Shown here one piece after another: positions 44,761-56,181 of a stretch of DNA of 64,000 nt; positions within the stretch are counted from its first letter, which is position 1; each line of letters starts with the position of its first letter. The stretch spans positions 377,332,001-377,396,000 of the forward strand of contig OZ024743.1 in the NCBI GenBank assembly GCA_964016885.1, read 5' to 3'. The stretch is from Eledone cirrhosa (lineage: Eukaryota). Below the pieces are notes generated by a model, which saw only the letters and a list, made by a program, of their open reading frames with translations, had not been told where the DNA came from and ran no database searches. Position numbers and translations under genes: made by a program.

Positions 44761-44960
44761 TTGATACACATTTCCAGTTGAGTTTATTGGAGCAACAATA
44801 TTATGATCATAAGTCCAACACACTATCCACTAGTCCACGTATGACTGAAACCAATTAAAGAATTAAAGAATTAAAGAATATGCTATTGTGTGTATGTGAT
44901 ATGTGCTTGTTTAATGGTTTCTAATTTTGGCACAAAGCCAACAATTTGGAGGGAAGGGAA

Positions 44961-45106
44961 TATCGATTAGTTCGAGGACAGGAATTTACTGGTAGTATAT
45001 TTTATCGATTAGTTCGAGGACAGGAATTTACTGGTAGTATATTTTATCGATTAGTTCGAGGACAGGACTTAACTGGTACTATATTTTATCGATTACTTCG
45101 ATGACA
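44961..45106. repeat. 42-bp tandem repeat (3.5 copies) inside a minus-strand SINE (~44915-45393)
   Basis: tatcgattag starts at 44961, 45003 and 45045, and tatcgattac at 45087. Confidence 0.9.
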
Positions 45107-45286
45107 GGTGGCAATATCGGTAGAGGGTCGGACGCCATGCTTTGACGCATAGAGTTACGGCCCTTGCAATTCTGAGTTCAAATCCCGCCGAGATTAACTT
45201 TGCCTTTCATCCTTACGGGGTCTATAAAATAAAGTACCAGTAATGCACTGGGATAATTGCTGTCTTTGTGCCTAAAGTAGAAGCAA
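45107..45286 (+). mobile_element. SINE nested in an older SINE
   Basis: ggtggcaatatcggtagagg..gagttcaaatccc..gcctttcatccttacgggg..gcctaaagtagaagcaa; host SINE resumes at ctatattttatcgat. Confidence 0.85.
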
Positions 45287-45411
45287 CTATATTTTATCGA
45301 TTTCAGAAGGATGTTAGACAAACTTGACCTCGGCCGGATTTGAACCGAGGACATAAACATCCGACACTCTAACAGTTCTACCAATTCAACGTCCTTGTGT
45401 GCTTATGTAAT

Positions 45412-45633
45412 GGTTTCTGATTTAGGTACAAGCCCAACAATTATTGGGGGGGGGGGGCAGGGAAGTCGATTAAATCGACCCCAGTTCGTTACTGGTACTT
45501 TATTTTATCGACCTCGTAAGGATGAAAGGCAAAGCTAACCTCGGCGGGATTTGAACTCAGAAATTAAAGGGCTGTAGCTAAATGCCACAAAGCATTTTGT
45601 CCGACGCTCTAACAATTCTGCCAATCCAACGCC
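45412..45633 (-). mobile_element. tRNA-derived SINE with ~17-bp TSD
   Basis: TSD ttgtgtgcttatRtaat on both sides. Confidence 0.88.
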
Positions 45634-45661
45634 TTTGTGTGCTTATATAATAATGTGTGTG

Positions 45662-45711
<50 letters not shown>

Positions 45712-45732
45712 ATTATGTATGTATGTGTGTGC

Positions 45733-45771
<39 letters not shown>

Positions 45772-48164
45772 ATTGTATATATATGTGTGTGACACTGTGT
45801 GTACTTGTGTGTTATAAGGTGTGAGTGTTTATATACTTTTGTGTGTGACTGTGATATCGCGAATGTGTGTTTGTCGTACATGTATATGTTATAATGTGTG
45901 ATTATATGTTTTTTACTTGTGTGTATGTATGTGTGTGTTTATATGTAATTGTGTATGTTTGTATACTATTGAATGATGTGTATGTGCGTTATTATGTTAT
46001 AGTATAGTATTGTGTGTATATGTGTGTTTTTATGCTATAGTGTGTATGCGTTTGTATGGTAGCTTGTGTGTGTGTGTGTGTATGTGTTTATAAGCTATAT
46101 ATTGTTTAGGCGTGTATATGTGTGTGCTTATAAGTATGTGTGTGTGTATGCTATTGTTATTGTATGTGTGTGTATCTTTATAAGTTATGGTATGTGCTTG
46201 TATGATATTGTATGTATGTGAGTATCTGTGTGTTTAAATCTTATTGTATGTGTATGTCTATATGTGTGTTTATATGTTATAGTGTGTATTTGTACGGTAT
46301 TGTTTGTGTATGTGTATGTATTTTTGTACGTATGTGTGTATGTGTGTTTATGTCATAATATGTGTTTGTATGGTATTGTTTGTGTATGTGTATGTGCATG
46401 TGTATATGTATGTCTATGTGTGTGTTTATGCCATAATTTGTGTTTGTATAGTATTGTTTGTGTATGTGTATATGCGTGTGTTTATATATTACAATATATG
46501 TTTATATGGTATTGTTTGTCTATATTCATCTGTATATTAGGAGTATGTGTACATACACATGTATATATATGCATGTGTATGTGTGTATATATATGTGCGT
46601 GTGTTTATATGTTATAAAGATGTGTTTATATGGTATTGTTTGTCTATATTCATCTGTATATGTATGAGTATGTGTATGTGTACATGCATATACATATATG
46701 TATATGTATATGCATGTGTATATGTATGTGTATATGTATGAGTTTGCAATATTATGTGTTTTTATTTCTCATATGAGGAGTCCATATGTCAATAGGGATG
46801 TATAATATTTCACAAACACTTTATTTCACTGCCTCTGGGAACAAATTGAAAAAGGTTATCAAATCTTGCTCACAGCTAAATAGTCCAGAATCATCTAAGA
46901 AAGAAACTATTAAATTTTCAAAACACACAAACGAAAACAAAGAAAATATGTTCGATGGAAATGTTATCGCTTTTGTTTTTTGCTATTGTTTTTTTTTTCT
47001 TTATATCTTTCTTTCCCTTTTGTTTATTTGTTTCAGTATTATTTCTTTGTTTGCTTGGGTTTTGTATTTTTGCATTTGTTTTAAATTTATTTTTATTTTT
47101 CTATTTCCTCGGATAAATTGTGTGCAGCGTGGTTAAAACCGTGTTGAGAAATTGAGAATCGCAGAGACAAATTAAAACCGTTGTCCCCCCACGCCCCTGT
47201 CACCATCCTGCTAATGAGTTGGAGCTTCTGTAAAGAAATTTTTAATGAATCAGTCGATGTTCAGTTGAAATAACAAATTAAAACAAAACCAAAAAAAAAA
47301 AGAAAAAATTTCTTCAAAATGGTGGAAGGCGAAGATGTATAATACTGCGATTGAATGAGCAAGATAAGTTCAGTTTTGAACAAGTAAAAATAAAAACAAA
47401 AGAAAGAAAAAGAAACTACATCAAACTGACAGTAAACAAAGCGACAGAGAATTAATGAAATCCTGTAATGGAAACGAAGAAAAGTTGTTGATTAAGAACT
47501 GAAAAATAAACGGAAAATCGAACTATTAAATTGAAAAATAATATCGAGGAATGGAAAACTTGCAACGTAACAATAGACTTTAATTAGAAGGACCGATAAA
47601 GGTCTTTTTGGAGAAATTCCGGCAAGAATAAAGAAATGGATAAGAAAACAATAGGAATAGCAAAGAAAATTGGAAAGAATAACAAAATTATTTCACTAAT
47701 TATGAAAGGAAGACATATAAAGAAGAAGGAATGATAAACAATGATATAAAACAAAACAAAACATTTTCTGTTTAAATCATTGAGAAGAAGAAGATATAAA
47801 GAGTTTGACTATTTTTCAAAAATATAGATTAATATAAAAAGCTGATCAAAGGAAGCAAAATCTGGACATGTTTTGGTAGGTGAGTGTGGGATGAGGTGTG
47901 AGGATATCGCCTCATTCTGTGTGGAATATTCTTCCCAATAATAATAACACTAGCCTAAGTTAATCGATAGTATTCAATGTAAAGAGAAGAATATTTCTGG
48001 TACTTTCTATGGAAATATTTCTTCTCTTCTTCATGTTCGATCTAAAGACCTGAGATAAAGTGAATATTCTTAGATATGACGAAATAATGCCGATGTTACG
48101 TTGAAAGAAAACGTTACTGATGTAGAAGAAACTGTTACTAATAATACTAAAAATACTAACAATT

Positions 48165-48530
48165 ATTTCTAACATAGGCACAAAGCCAGCAATATGGAGG
48201 GTGGAAGTAGATTATATCGACCCAGTACTTGACTGGTACTTTATTTTATCGAACCCGGAATGATTGGCGGCAAAATTGATCTAACTCTATTTGAACTCAG
48301 ACCGTAAAATGTCGTAACCAAATACTGCAAAGCATTTTGTCCGACACTCTAGCAATACTGCCAATCCATTTCTAATTTAAGCGCAAGGTCGGCAATTTGT
48401 AGACAGGAGAATAACGATTACATCGGCCTTCAGTACTTAAATGTTACTTTATTTTATCGCCCCCCGAAAGGATATCAGTTCGGAATGTAACGAAATTTCA
48501 TTCGGTACACTAACGAGTCTGCCAATCCAC
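48165..48530 (-). mobile_element. Two tandem SINE copies
   Basis: 48165-48368 near full length; 48369-48530 internally deleted. Confidence 0.8.
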
Positions 48531-48718
48531 AATTCTACCTCATTAGAGTATTGAATAAAATGTTCTAAGGTATATGTTCCGGATCTTTGTGTTCTAAGTT
48601 CAAATTCTGTACCCTGTCTATCTCAGTCAAGCAGGCTTAAAACCAGCATACGTAGTTGGTGAGCTTTCCTCCAGCAGTGAATTGAAAACGGAAACACGGA
48701 TGGTTGTATATATGTCCA

Positions 48719-48789
<71 letters not shown>

Positions 48790-48793
<4 letters not shown>

Positions 48794-49601
48794 GTATGTG
48801 TGTGTGTGTATTAGCAATAGGAGCCTACATCTTACGACCGATTTTCATGAAACTTTACAGGCTCATAGATTAGTCATCGGGGAGTGTTTTCTACATATCA
48901 CCGTATCGTTTTTTTTTATTCCGCGGTCATTCTGCAGATAAAAATCGATAGGGGGGGGGGGGGTCACCTTTTTTTAGGTATCGAAAAATAAGATTTTTGG
49001 CTCTAGCTCCCACATTTTGCCACCGATTTCGTTCAAATTTTAAAGCAAAATAGAATTTATCATTGCACATCCTGTAATGGCTTTATATTTTACATTTTTT
49101 TGTTCAGGAACGGCGTGGCAGTCGCTTAAATATTCGAAAATACCACCTTTTCGCTCAAATTTCCGCCTTTTCGGCTCTAGCTCCTACATTTTTCAACCGA
49201 TTTCGTTCAAATTCGAAACTTCGGCTTCACCTCACACTTAAATCAATTTATTTGGTTCAACTTTTATACTACGATAGAACCTATCATTGCACATCTTATA
49301 GATGGTCAAAGCAAAACGATGGCCACTGACGTCGTCTGAGCTTTTAGTTGTGTATTTGAGAATTCATCGGTTTCCAATCAAGTAGCGTGAGGGAATTTTG
49401 GTTAGTGTTAGAGGTCATTACCTCCCTCCTGCAGCATGCCCCTTCGTCAGTCACCCGCGTTTCTCAGTAATAGAGGTCATCACCACCCTCCCCCGCATGG
49501 CCTGTGTGTGGGTCATCAAGAAGCAGTCGCTAAGATCAACATCTTTTCATCAAAGCAGATATTATTTTACCTACCCAGGCAACGCTGGGTACTGCTGCTA
49601 G
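48790..49601 (+). mobile_element. Non-autonomous Helitron/Helentron-like element
   Basis: 3' hairpin acccaggcaacgctgggt then actgctgCTAG|T; (TG)n near the 5' end; internal repeats ggctctagctcc..ccgatttcgttcaaatt at ~48998 and ~49173. Confidence 0.7.
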
Positions 49602-49762
49602 TATATATATATATATATATATATACCGGTAAAGTTATGTTGTTGTAAATAATCCTTGTTAGACACTCCAATTGCATTTTCAACTTTTTATTCCTATTTT
49701 TTAACCCGTGTGGGATATATACTTTCGAATAACAAGACTCACTTTTGAAGTGAGGGGTAGTT

Positions 49763-49806
49763 GGCCTTGATAAGCTTCAACCAAAGCGAAACAAGTCTTG
49801 TCGGCT
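49763..49806 (+). ncRNA. Hammerhead motif, U3-A8 variant, copy 1
   Basis: GGCC-TTGATAA-GCTT(CAACCA)AAGC-GAAAC-AAGTCTT-GTC-GGCT. Confidence 0.85.
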
Positions 49807-50078
49807 TATCTCCCCTGTTTGCTGAGATCAAAGTGAGTGAATTTGTCACTACTTTAAAACAATAGCTTACGGTCTTCAAAATGCTTTTAATTAAGCATAA
49901 AGTGTATTGCAAAATACATTATATATACATCCATATATATATTGCTATTTCAGAGCTCCAATTCTAATTTTTAATTTCTGCCTGACCAACAACCGCTCTG
50001 CATAATCAGCTCCTGATTATTTACTAGATTTCTATAAGAATATAATATCAATGATCTCAGCAAACATGTGGGGTAGTT

Positions 50079-50122
50079 GGCCTTGATAAGCTTCAACCAA
50101 AGCGAAACAAGTCTTGTCGGCT
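50079..50122 (+). ncRNA. Hammerhead motif, U3-A8 variant, copy 2
   Basis: Identical core; predicted cleavage after 50118. Confidence 0.85.
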
Positions 50123-50394
50123 TATCTCCCCTGTTTGCTGAGATCAAAGTGAGTGAATTTGTCACTACTTTAAAACAATAGCTTACGGTCTTCAAAATGC
50201 TTTTAATTAAGCATAAAGTGTATTGCAAAATACATTATATATACATCCATATATATATTGCTATTTCAGAGCTCCAATTCTAATTTTTAATTTCTGCCTG
50301 ACCAACAACCGCTCTGCATAATCAGCTCCTGATTATTTACTAGATTTCTATAAGAATATAATATCAATGATCTCAGCAAACAGGTGGGGTAGTT

Positions 50395-50438
50395 GGCCTT
50401 GATAAGCTTCAACCAAAGCGAAACAAGTCTTGTCGGCT
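50395..50438 (+). ncRNA. Hammerhead motif, U3-A8 variant, copy 3
   Basis: Identical core; stem I extended by a perfect 17-bp helix, 50368-50384 with 50446-50462. Confidence 0.85.
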
Positions 50439-50626
50439 TATCTCCCCTGTTTGCTGAGATCAAAGTGAGTGAATTTGTCACTACTTTAAAACAATAGCTT
50501 ACGGTCTTCAAAATGCTTTTAATTAAGCATAAAGTGTATTGCAAAATACATTATATATACATCCATATATATATTGCTATTTCAGAGCTCCAATTCTAAT
50601 ATATATATATAAATACATATACATAT

Positions 50627-50734
<108 letters not shown>

Positions 50735-50803
50735 TATGAAGAGAGAAGAAACATTTAGATATAATTAGTAATAAAATGTATCATACCTAAACTGCTCCTA
50801 AAT

Positions 50804-50891
50804 TCCTCGACTACGTAGTTTCGTGGCATAAACAAAAACAATATATCAAAGATATAGAGTCCTTGCGAGGTCTGCCAACTTATCAAGAGGA
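50804..50891 (-). ncRNA. Hammerhead motif, U3-A8 variant, with a large loop II
   Basis: TCCTC-TTGATAA-GTTGGCA..TGCCAC-GAAAC-TACGTA-GTC-GAGGA; palindromic stem III ACTACGTAGT. Confidence 0.8.
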
Positions 50892-51165
50892 TACCTCATT
50901 TTACTAGTCTCAAGAACGCGTCTACACGACGTGAGAAAGAATCCCAAAAGGCGGAGGGGGAGATAGTCACGCGATATAACGGTCGAGAAACAGAGCTAAG
51001 CCTCTTATAACCACGAAGAAAATACCACGGAGGCGGAGGGGGTATTCATATCGAGGCCGTAGAAGAGGTAGTGAAGAAGGCGAGAAGTATGAGTAATGGA
51101 AGCTTTCCAGTTGTCCCCACACTTCAAAGATTGCTCGACCAGAGGGAGTTATTAATATACATATA

Positions 51166-52033
51166 TCTTAGTCTTAGTTCCTCCAGTCCCTTGTGGAACA
51201 TTGAGCGACGAGCTTCCTCCACTTGATCCTGTCACTGGCGGTCCTTCTAGCACCTCTCCAGGTAATTCCCATCTCTCGCAGGTCCTCCCTGAATGTGCTC
51301 CGCAATGTTTTTCGTGGTCTTCCCCGTTCTCTCCTGCCACCTTCTGGTACCCAATCCATAGCAATATGACCAGGTCGATCTGCCGGCAAACGAAGGATGT
51401 GGCCCGCGAACCGCCGTCTCCTTTTCCGGACAATGTCCCTTAACCTCTCCAATTCTGACCTCCTCATCACTTCCTCGTTGCTAACTTGGTCTCTCCATGA
51501 AATTTTCAATATGGTCCGAATGCAACGACGGTGGAATACATCAAGCTTGTTACATACACTTTCCGTACTCTTCCATTGTCATCGATTTCATCATGAAGAA
51601 GACAATGAGTGACCCTCGTTTTGGCATCAGTTGGGATGGATGGAGATTAAGCGACCTGGACTTTGCCGATGACATCGCAGTGATAGGCCATTCCCGAGAA
51701 GACCTGCAAGAGATGACAAACGTTCTAAATGACAATGCAGAGAAAGTTGGCCTGCGCATCAGTTGTGAAAAAACCAAGACCCTGTCCACAGGTGACCCTC
51801 CAAATCCTCCCATCATGGTTGGTCAGCGTAACATTGAATGTGTAAACCACTTCCAATACCTTGGCAGCAACATCTCTGACGATGGGGATGCTGAGATGGA
51901 TGTGTGCACAAGGCTGGGAAAAGCAGCGGCGGTCTTCCAGCGACTTCGCCCGGTATGGTCCAGGTGTTCCATCGGCAACGCCGTCAAACTCCGTGTTTAC
52001 ATGTCCATTGTAGTACCAACAGCGATATATGCC
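51166..52033 (-). mobile_element. 5'-truncated, 5'-inverted RTE-clade LINE
   Basis: Minus 51575-51166: WKSTESVCNKLDVFHRRC..RFAGHILR..RGRPRKT..WRKLV..RN* plus (CTAAGA)n tail; plus 51576-52033: LSDLDFADD..FQYLGS..VVPTAIYA. Confidence 0.92.
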
Positions 52034-52923
52034 TATATATATATATATATATACATGCACAGCACATACAAGAGGCACATCAATCTTTCGATCTGCTTGA
52101 GAAAACAACTAAACTTCTCTCAAATTTCATCCTACCACCTTAAATAAGTGTAATGGCACATTTAATAAAGAAGTCCTAGATACACGATGTCTGAGTAAAA
52201 TACTGAATATTCATGGCTGAGTTACGTGTTATAGGGTTGAACTGGTGTGGGGGTGGGGTTGTTCACAACAACAATTATAATCACTAATACTACTACACTA
52301 GATATTAGATAATATAGTTCTATGTCTGAATATAAGATGTTTAATCAAGACTGACCAGGGGCTAAACAACAATAACTATAGCCACTAATATTATTACCGA
52401 GGCGGTGGAACTGGAGGGAACAGAGGGGGCATGACACACCCCCCCCCCCTCCACCCACTCCCCTCTCTCAATAATTATATTTTTCTCCTCAAAATACCAA
52501 AACACATATATTTGTATACGCGCTACAATTTATGTACACGTTATGTAGAGACAGATGGGAGAGATAGATATAGATATAGAGAGGGGGGGGAGAGTTTCTT
52601 GCTAATTTATATAGAGAGGAAGGTTGGGAGAGTGTGTTGTATATTAGATACTGAGAGGGAGAGATTGATGTTTATTGATATATATTTCTATTTATTTGCC
52701 ACCAGGGCATCAAAGATTGGGACAAATACAAAGGGGGGAGTTTACATACATTTAAAAAGACGTGTAAAAAACATATAACAAATTAAATTTAACAATCGAT
52801 GTCCTCAATAGGGAGGGGCGTTGACATGGGTCGCACACACCCCCGAAAAAATGTGCAACCCTCCTCTTCAGGAGCGCAAAGAGCGGGTGCTTCCTTCCTC
52901 TTCTCATTCTTCTCCTCTCTCAC

Positions 52924-55900
52924 CTACAGGCTGATATAGAGAGAAGGCCCATTCACTCGGGCCATTCTCGCTACTTTCACCCACCTTTCATAAAACTTGC
53001 TGGGGTAGAGCACCTCTCTCTCCATTCTGATCCTTCTTCTAAAGTGGTACTTGAAAAAAAAGACCAGTTGTTGGCCGGAGAGATAGGTGTCTGACCTCAG
53101 CCCTTTCAACCTTGTCCACCATAAAACTTCTTTCGCCATGGCTATCACACAGAGGAAAACCGCCTCTCCTTCGTTTTTGAAAGGGGGAAGCGGTTTGATT
53201 GTGACAATGTTCTCGGTGGTCAACCGGATTGGTCCCACCCGCGACAGTAGTCGTTCTACATAGCCCCACAGGTCAGCAACGCCCGGGCAGTGTACGAATG
53301 CGTGTGCGACGGTTTCCTCGTCACGCACGCATTTTGGACAGATCTTCTTCGAGGGGTCCCTACCCGGGCGCCCGTGTCTGTAGAGCTTGTCCCGAACGGG
53401 TAGAGCTCCTCGGTAACATTGCCAAGCCAGGGACTTTTGGAAGTTGTCCATCGGTCCTGGGCCAAACGTCCTACCGAACAAACTGGCCAGCTCGTCTTCC
53501 GCCATGCCCAGAGCCTCTCCGAGAGCGTCGTCGCACTTACTGCGCACCAACCCTCTATAGAATGTTGAGGTTGAGTCTCCACTGATTGCCGGATCCGCTT
53601 GCCAGAGAGCCGTGAGCGCCTGGGCACATTCAATGTGCCAGTCGCCCACTTTTCTCGGTCTTTGCTTGATCCAGGATTGCAGCTCGGTGAGTGAGACGAG
53701 TCTCGGAAAGGCTCGCCTCACAAACAGGGCCCACACCGGCTGACCGGTGAGGAATACCTGGAGGTGCCGTAGCCCTAATGCGTGTCTACGCATCGTCAGC
53801 CACGGCATCCCCAGCCCTCCGTTCGAAGAGTGTTGACAGCAGATGGATCTTCTCACCAAAGGAGCCCGCTTCTTCCAAAGAAATCGAAAGAGCGCGCGCT
53901 CCATTTTGGCGAATGTTTTCTCTGGGCAAAGCACGACGGTCAAGCGGTAGTAGATGACGGACGCTATATAAGCGTTCGCCACCTCCGCTCAACCTTTCAG
54001 GGATAGTTTGCACTCGGCCCACTTCTGGGCGAGTGCAAACACCTTGCCCGTTACCTCGTCCCAGTTTTTCTCCACCTGGAGGTCCGGTCCGAACCAGACC
54101 CCGAGCAGCTTCACCGGTCCCTCCGTCCAGCGTCCGACGATACCGTCGGAGGGCATCGTTTTTCCCATCCAAGTCCCGAGTTGCAAACCGACGGACTTGT
54201 CCCGGTTCAGCTTGGCTCCTGTGAACCTTTCATATTCCTCCAGTAAGTGCCGATCTGCCCGATTTCCGAGGCGCACGACACCATTACTGCCACGTCATCG
54301 GCGCAGGCCGACACCGCTTTCCGCAATCCCGGTTCCAAGGGGATGCCCTGCAACAGCTCCAGCTTCCTCAGTAGTGGCTCGAGAGCCAGCACATACAGGA
54401 GGGAGGAGAGAGGGCATCCCTGTCGAATGTATCGTGTGATTTGGAACGGCTCCGAGAGGTAGCCGTTCACCTTGACCCTCGAGCAGGTGTTGCTGCTGTG
54501 CATTGCTGCAATCCAGCCCCTGAAAACGGGTCCGAAGCCTGCCGCCGCGTGCACCGCATCCAGGTATCGATGGTCAACCCTATCGAACACTTTAGATTGA
54601 TCCAAGTTGATCCGGGCCCCACCAAAGCCGGGTTCGTTCCCTACCCTCTCTACGATGTATCGCATGAGGTGGAGGTTGTCGTGTATGGACCTGGACGGGA
54701 TTGCGCATGTCTGCGCTTCTCCCACCAGGTTCCCGACGACAAGCGCCAACCTCTTCGCTAACACCTTGGCCAAAATCTTTAACTCTGTGTTTAGCAGAGT
54801 TATGGGCCTGAAGTTATCTATGTCATCCCCCTTGTTCTCATCCTTCCTCACTAGCGTGACTACGCCCTTGGTCGCAGAACTGGGAATTCTCCCCTTCTGT
54901 TGCCAGTTGCAGTAGACCGCCTCGAGGAGACCGGAGAACAATCCCGGCATCGCTACATAAAGTTCGTATGGTAGACCATCGAGACCCGGAGATTTGCGTT
55001 TGCCGCATTGGCTCAGCGCTTCCTCTATTTCAGCGGCTGAAATCGGCCTCTCGCAGGACTTCGCCTCCCTGTCCGAGAGCCGCGCCAGACCGTCGAGATA
55101 TGGACCGAAATCCATGTTCCACCCGGCCCGCCGCCCCTCCCGAACAGTTCTTGACGCCAGCACGCCGGCCACGTTGCCACTCCTAATCGCCTCTTCTACT
55201 CTATTTGTTAATTCCCTTTCAGTTCTATTCCTATCTGATGCTAATTCCCGACTAAAACCTATCGATTCTATTCTAATTTCTCTCTTGAGAGAGCCCCACC
55301 ACCTGTTGTTTACAATTGCCCCCGTCAAACGCTGCTTAACTAGTGCGCTAATCCGCTTACTGTAAGCTTTGTTTGTCGGTAAAGACAAGTTTAGCTTCCA
55401 GTAACCGGGTCCCTGTCTATGAGTTCTATCAAGGTTGACCACTCCGGTCACCAACTTGTGATCCGAATAGTCAACCATGAACATTCGTGGACAGCTTAAT
55501 ATGTCCCTATCCTTATTTCTAACTAGGAACCTATCTAGGTACGACCTGGATGTTCCGCTGCGATTACTCCACGTCCACCGTGGCACAGTCGGAAAATCCA
55601 GTCGATATCTATCGGCCAGATCAAATCGGCCGATTAATCGTTTGAGGCTGTTACACCCCCCTCTATCGGGACATGCCCCTACATAGTCCCAACGTGCATC
55701 CAGGATACCATTCCAGTCCCCCACTAAAAGCAAGGAGCGAGACGTTCCCAGGAAATTCTCCAGGCGTCGGAAGAAGTCCGGTCGTGGTGTCCCCGATGGG
55801 GCATACGCTGCCACCAGCCTGAAAGCTCCACCTTCACCACTGCTGACGTCTAAAACCACCAGTCGACCCTCCGAGTCCAGGTGTACCTTCTGTGTGGCAA

Positions 55901-56139
55901 GACCCAGGTATTTTGGCAGCAGAACGACAACCCCACCCCCACCCCTCGGCTGACAGAGAGATGCGTAAATCTCAAAGTCGTCGAAGACGGGGGCCAGTTT
56001 GGCGCTCGCTGCTGATCCTGGACTCGCAAATAACCATTACATCCATTCTGTGCGACCTGGGGTCATTTAAGAGTTTTCCCTGTTTCCAGGACATCCCCAA
56101 GCCGCGTGCATTCACACATCAAACTCTTATATTGGCCAT
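52924..56139 (-). pseudogene. LINE ORF2 (AP endonuclease, RT, C-terminal CCHC) with stop, frameshifts and an internal deletion
   Basis: MANIRV*CVNARG, AYAP, GDWN, SYLDRF, YSDH, KSPGLDGLP, NFRPITLLN, QGCPLS, CADD, CPKC..ETVAHAFVHC. Confidence 0.93.
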
Positions 56140-56181
56140 GTTGGTGCTGAAGAGTTAAAAAGGAAGAGGAAAGGAAATTAC

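Larger units (their letters stand above)
49754..50600 (+). mobile_element. 316-bp tandem array (2.7 copies) with one hammerhead per unit; retrozyme-like
   Basis: ttggccttgataagc at 49761, 50077 and 50393; copies almost identical; (TA)n on both sides. Confidence 0.9.

Noticed and set aside
46786-48181. Short AT-rich ORFs as possible host exons
   Set aside because: Low complexity, no recognisable domain or convincing splice-site pair; a small exon cannot be excluded without RNA data
49971-50544. Two identical 85-aa minus-strand ORFs
   Set aside because: By-product of the 316-bp tandem repeat; non-ATG start, no recognisable domain, antisense to the ribozyme strand
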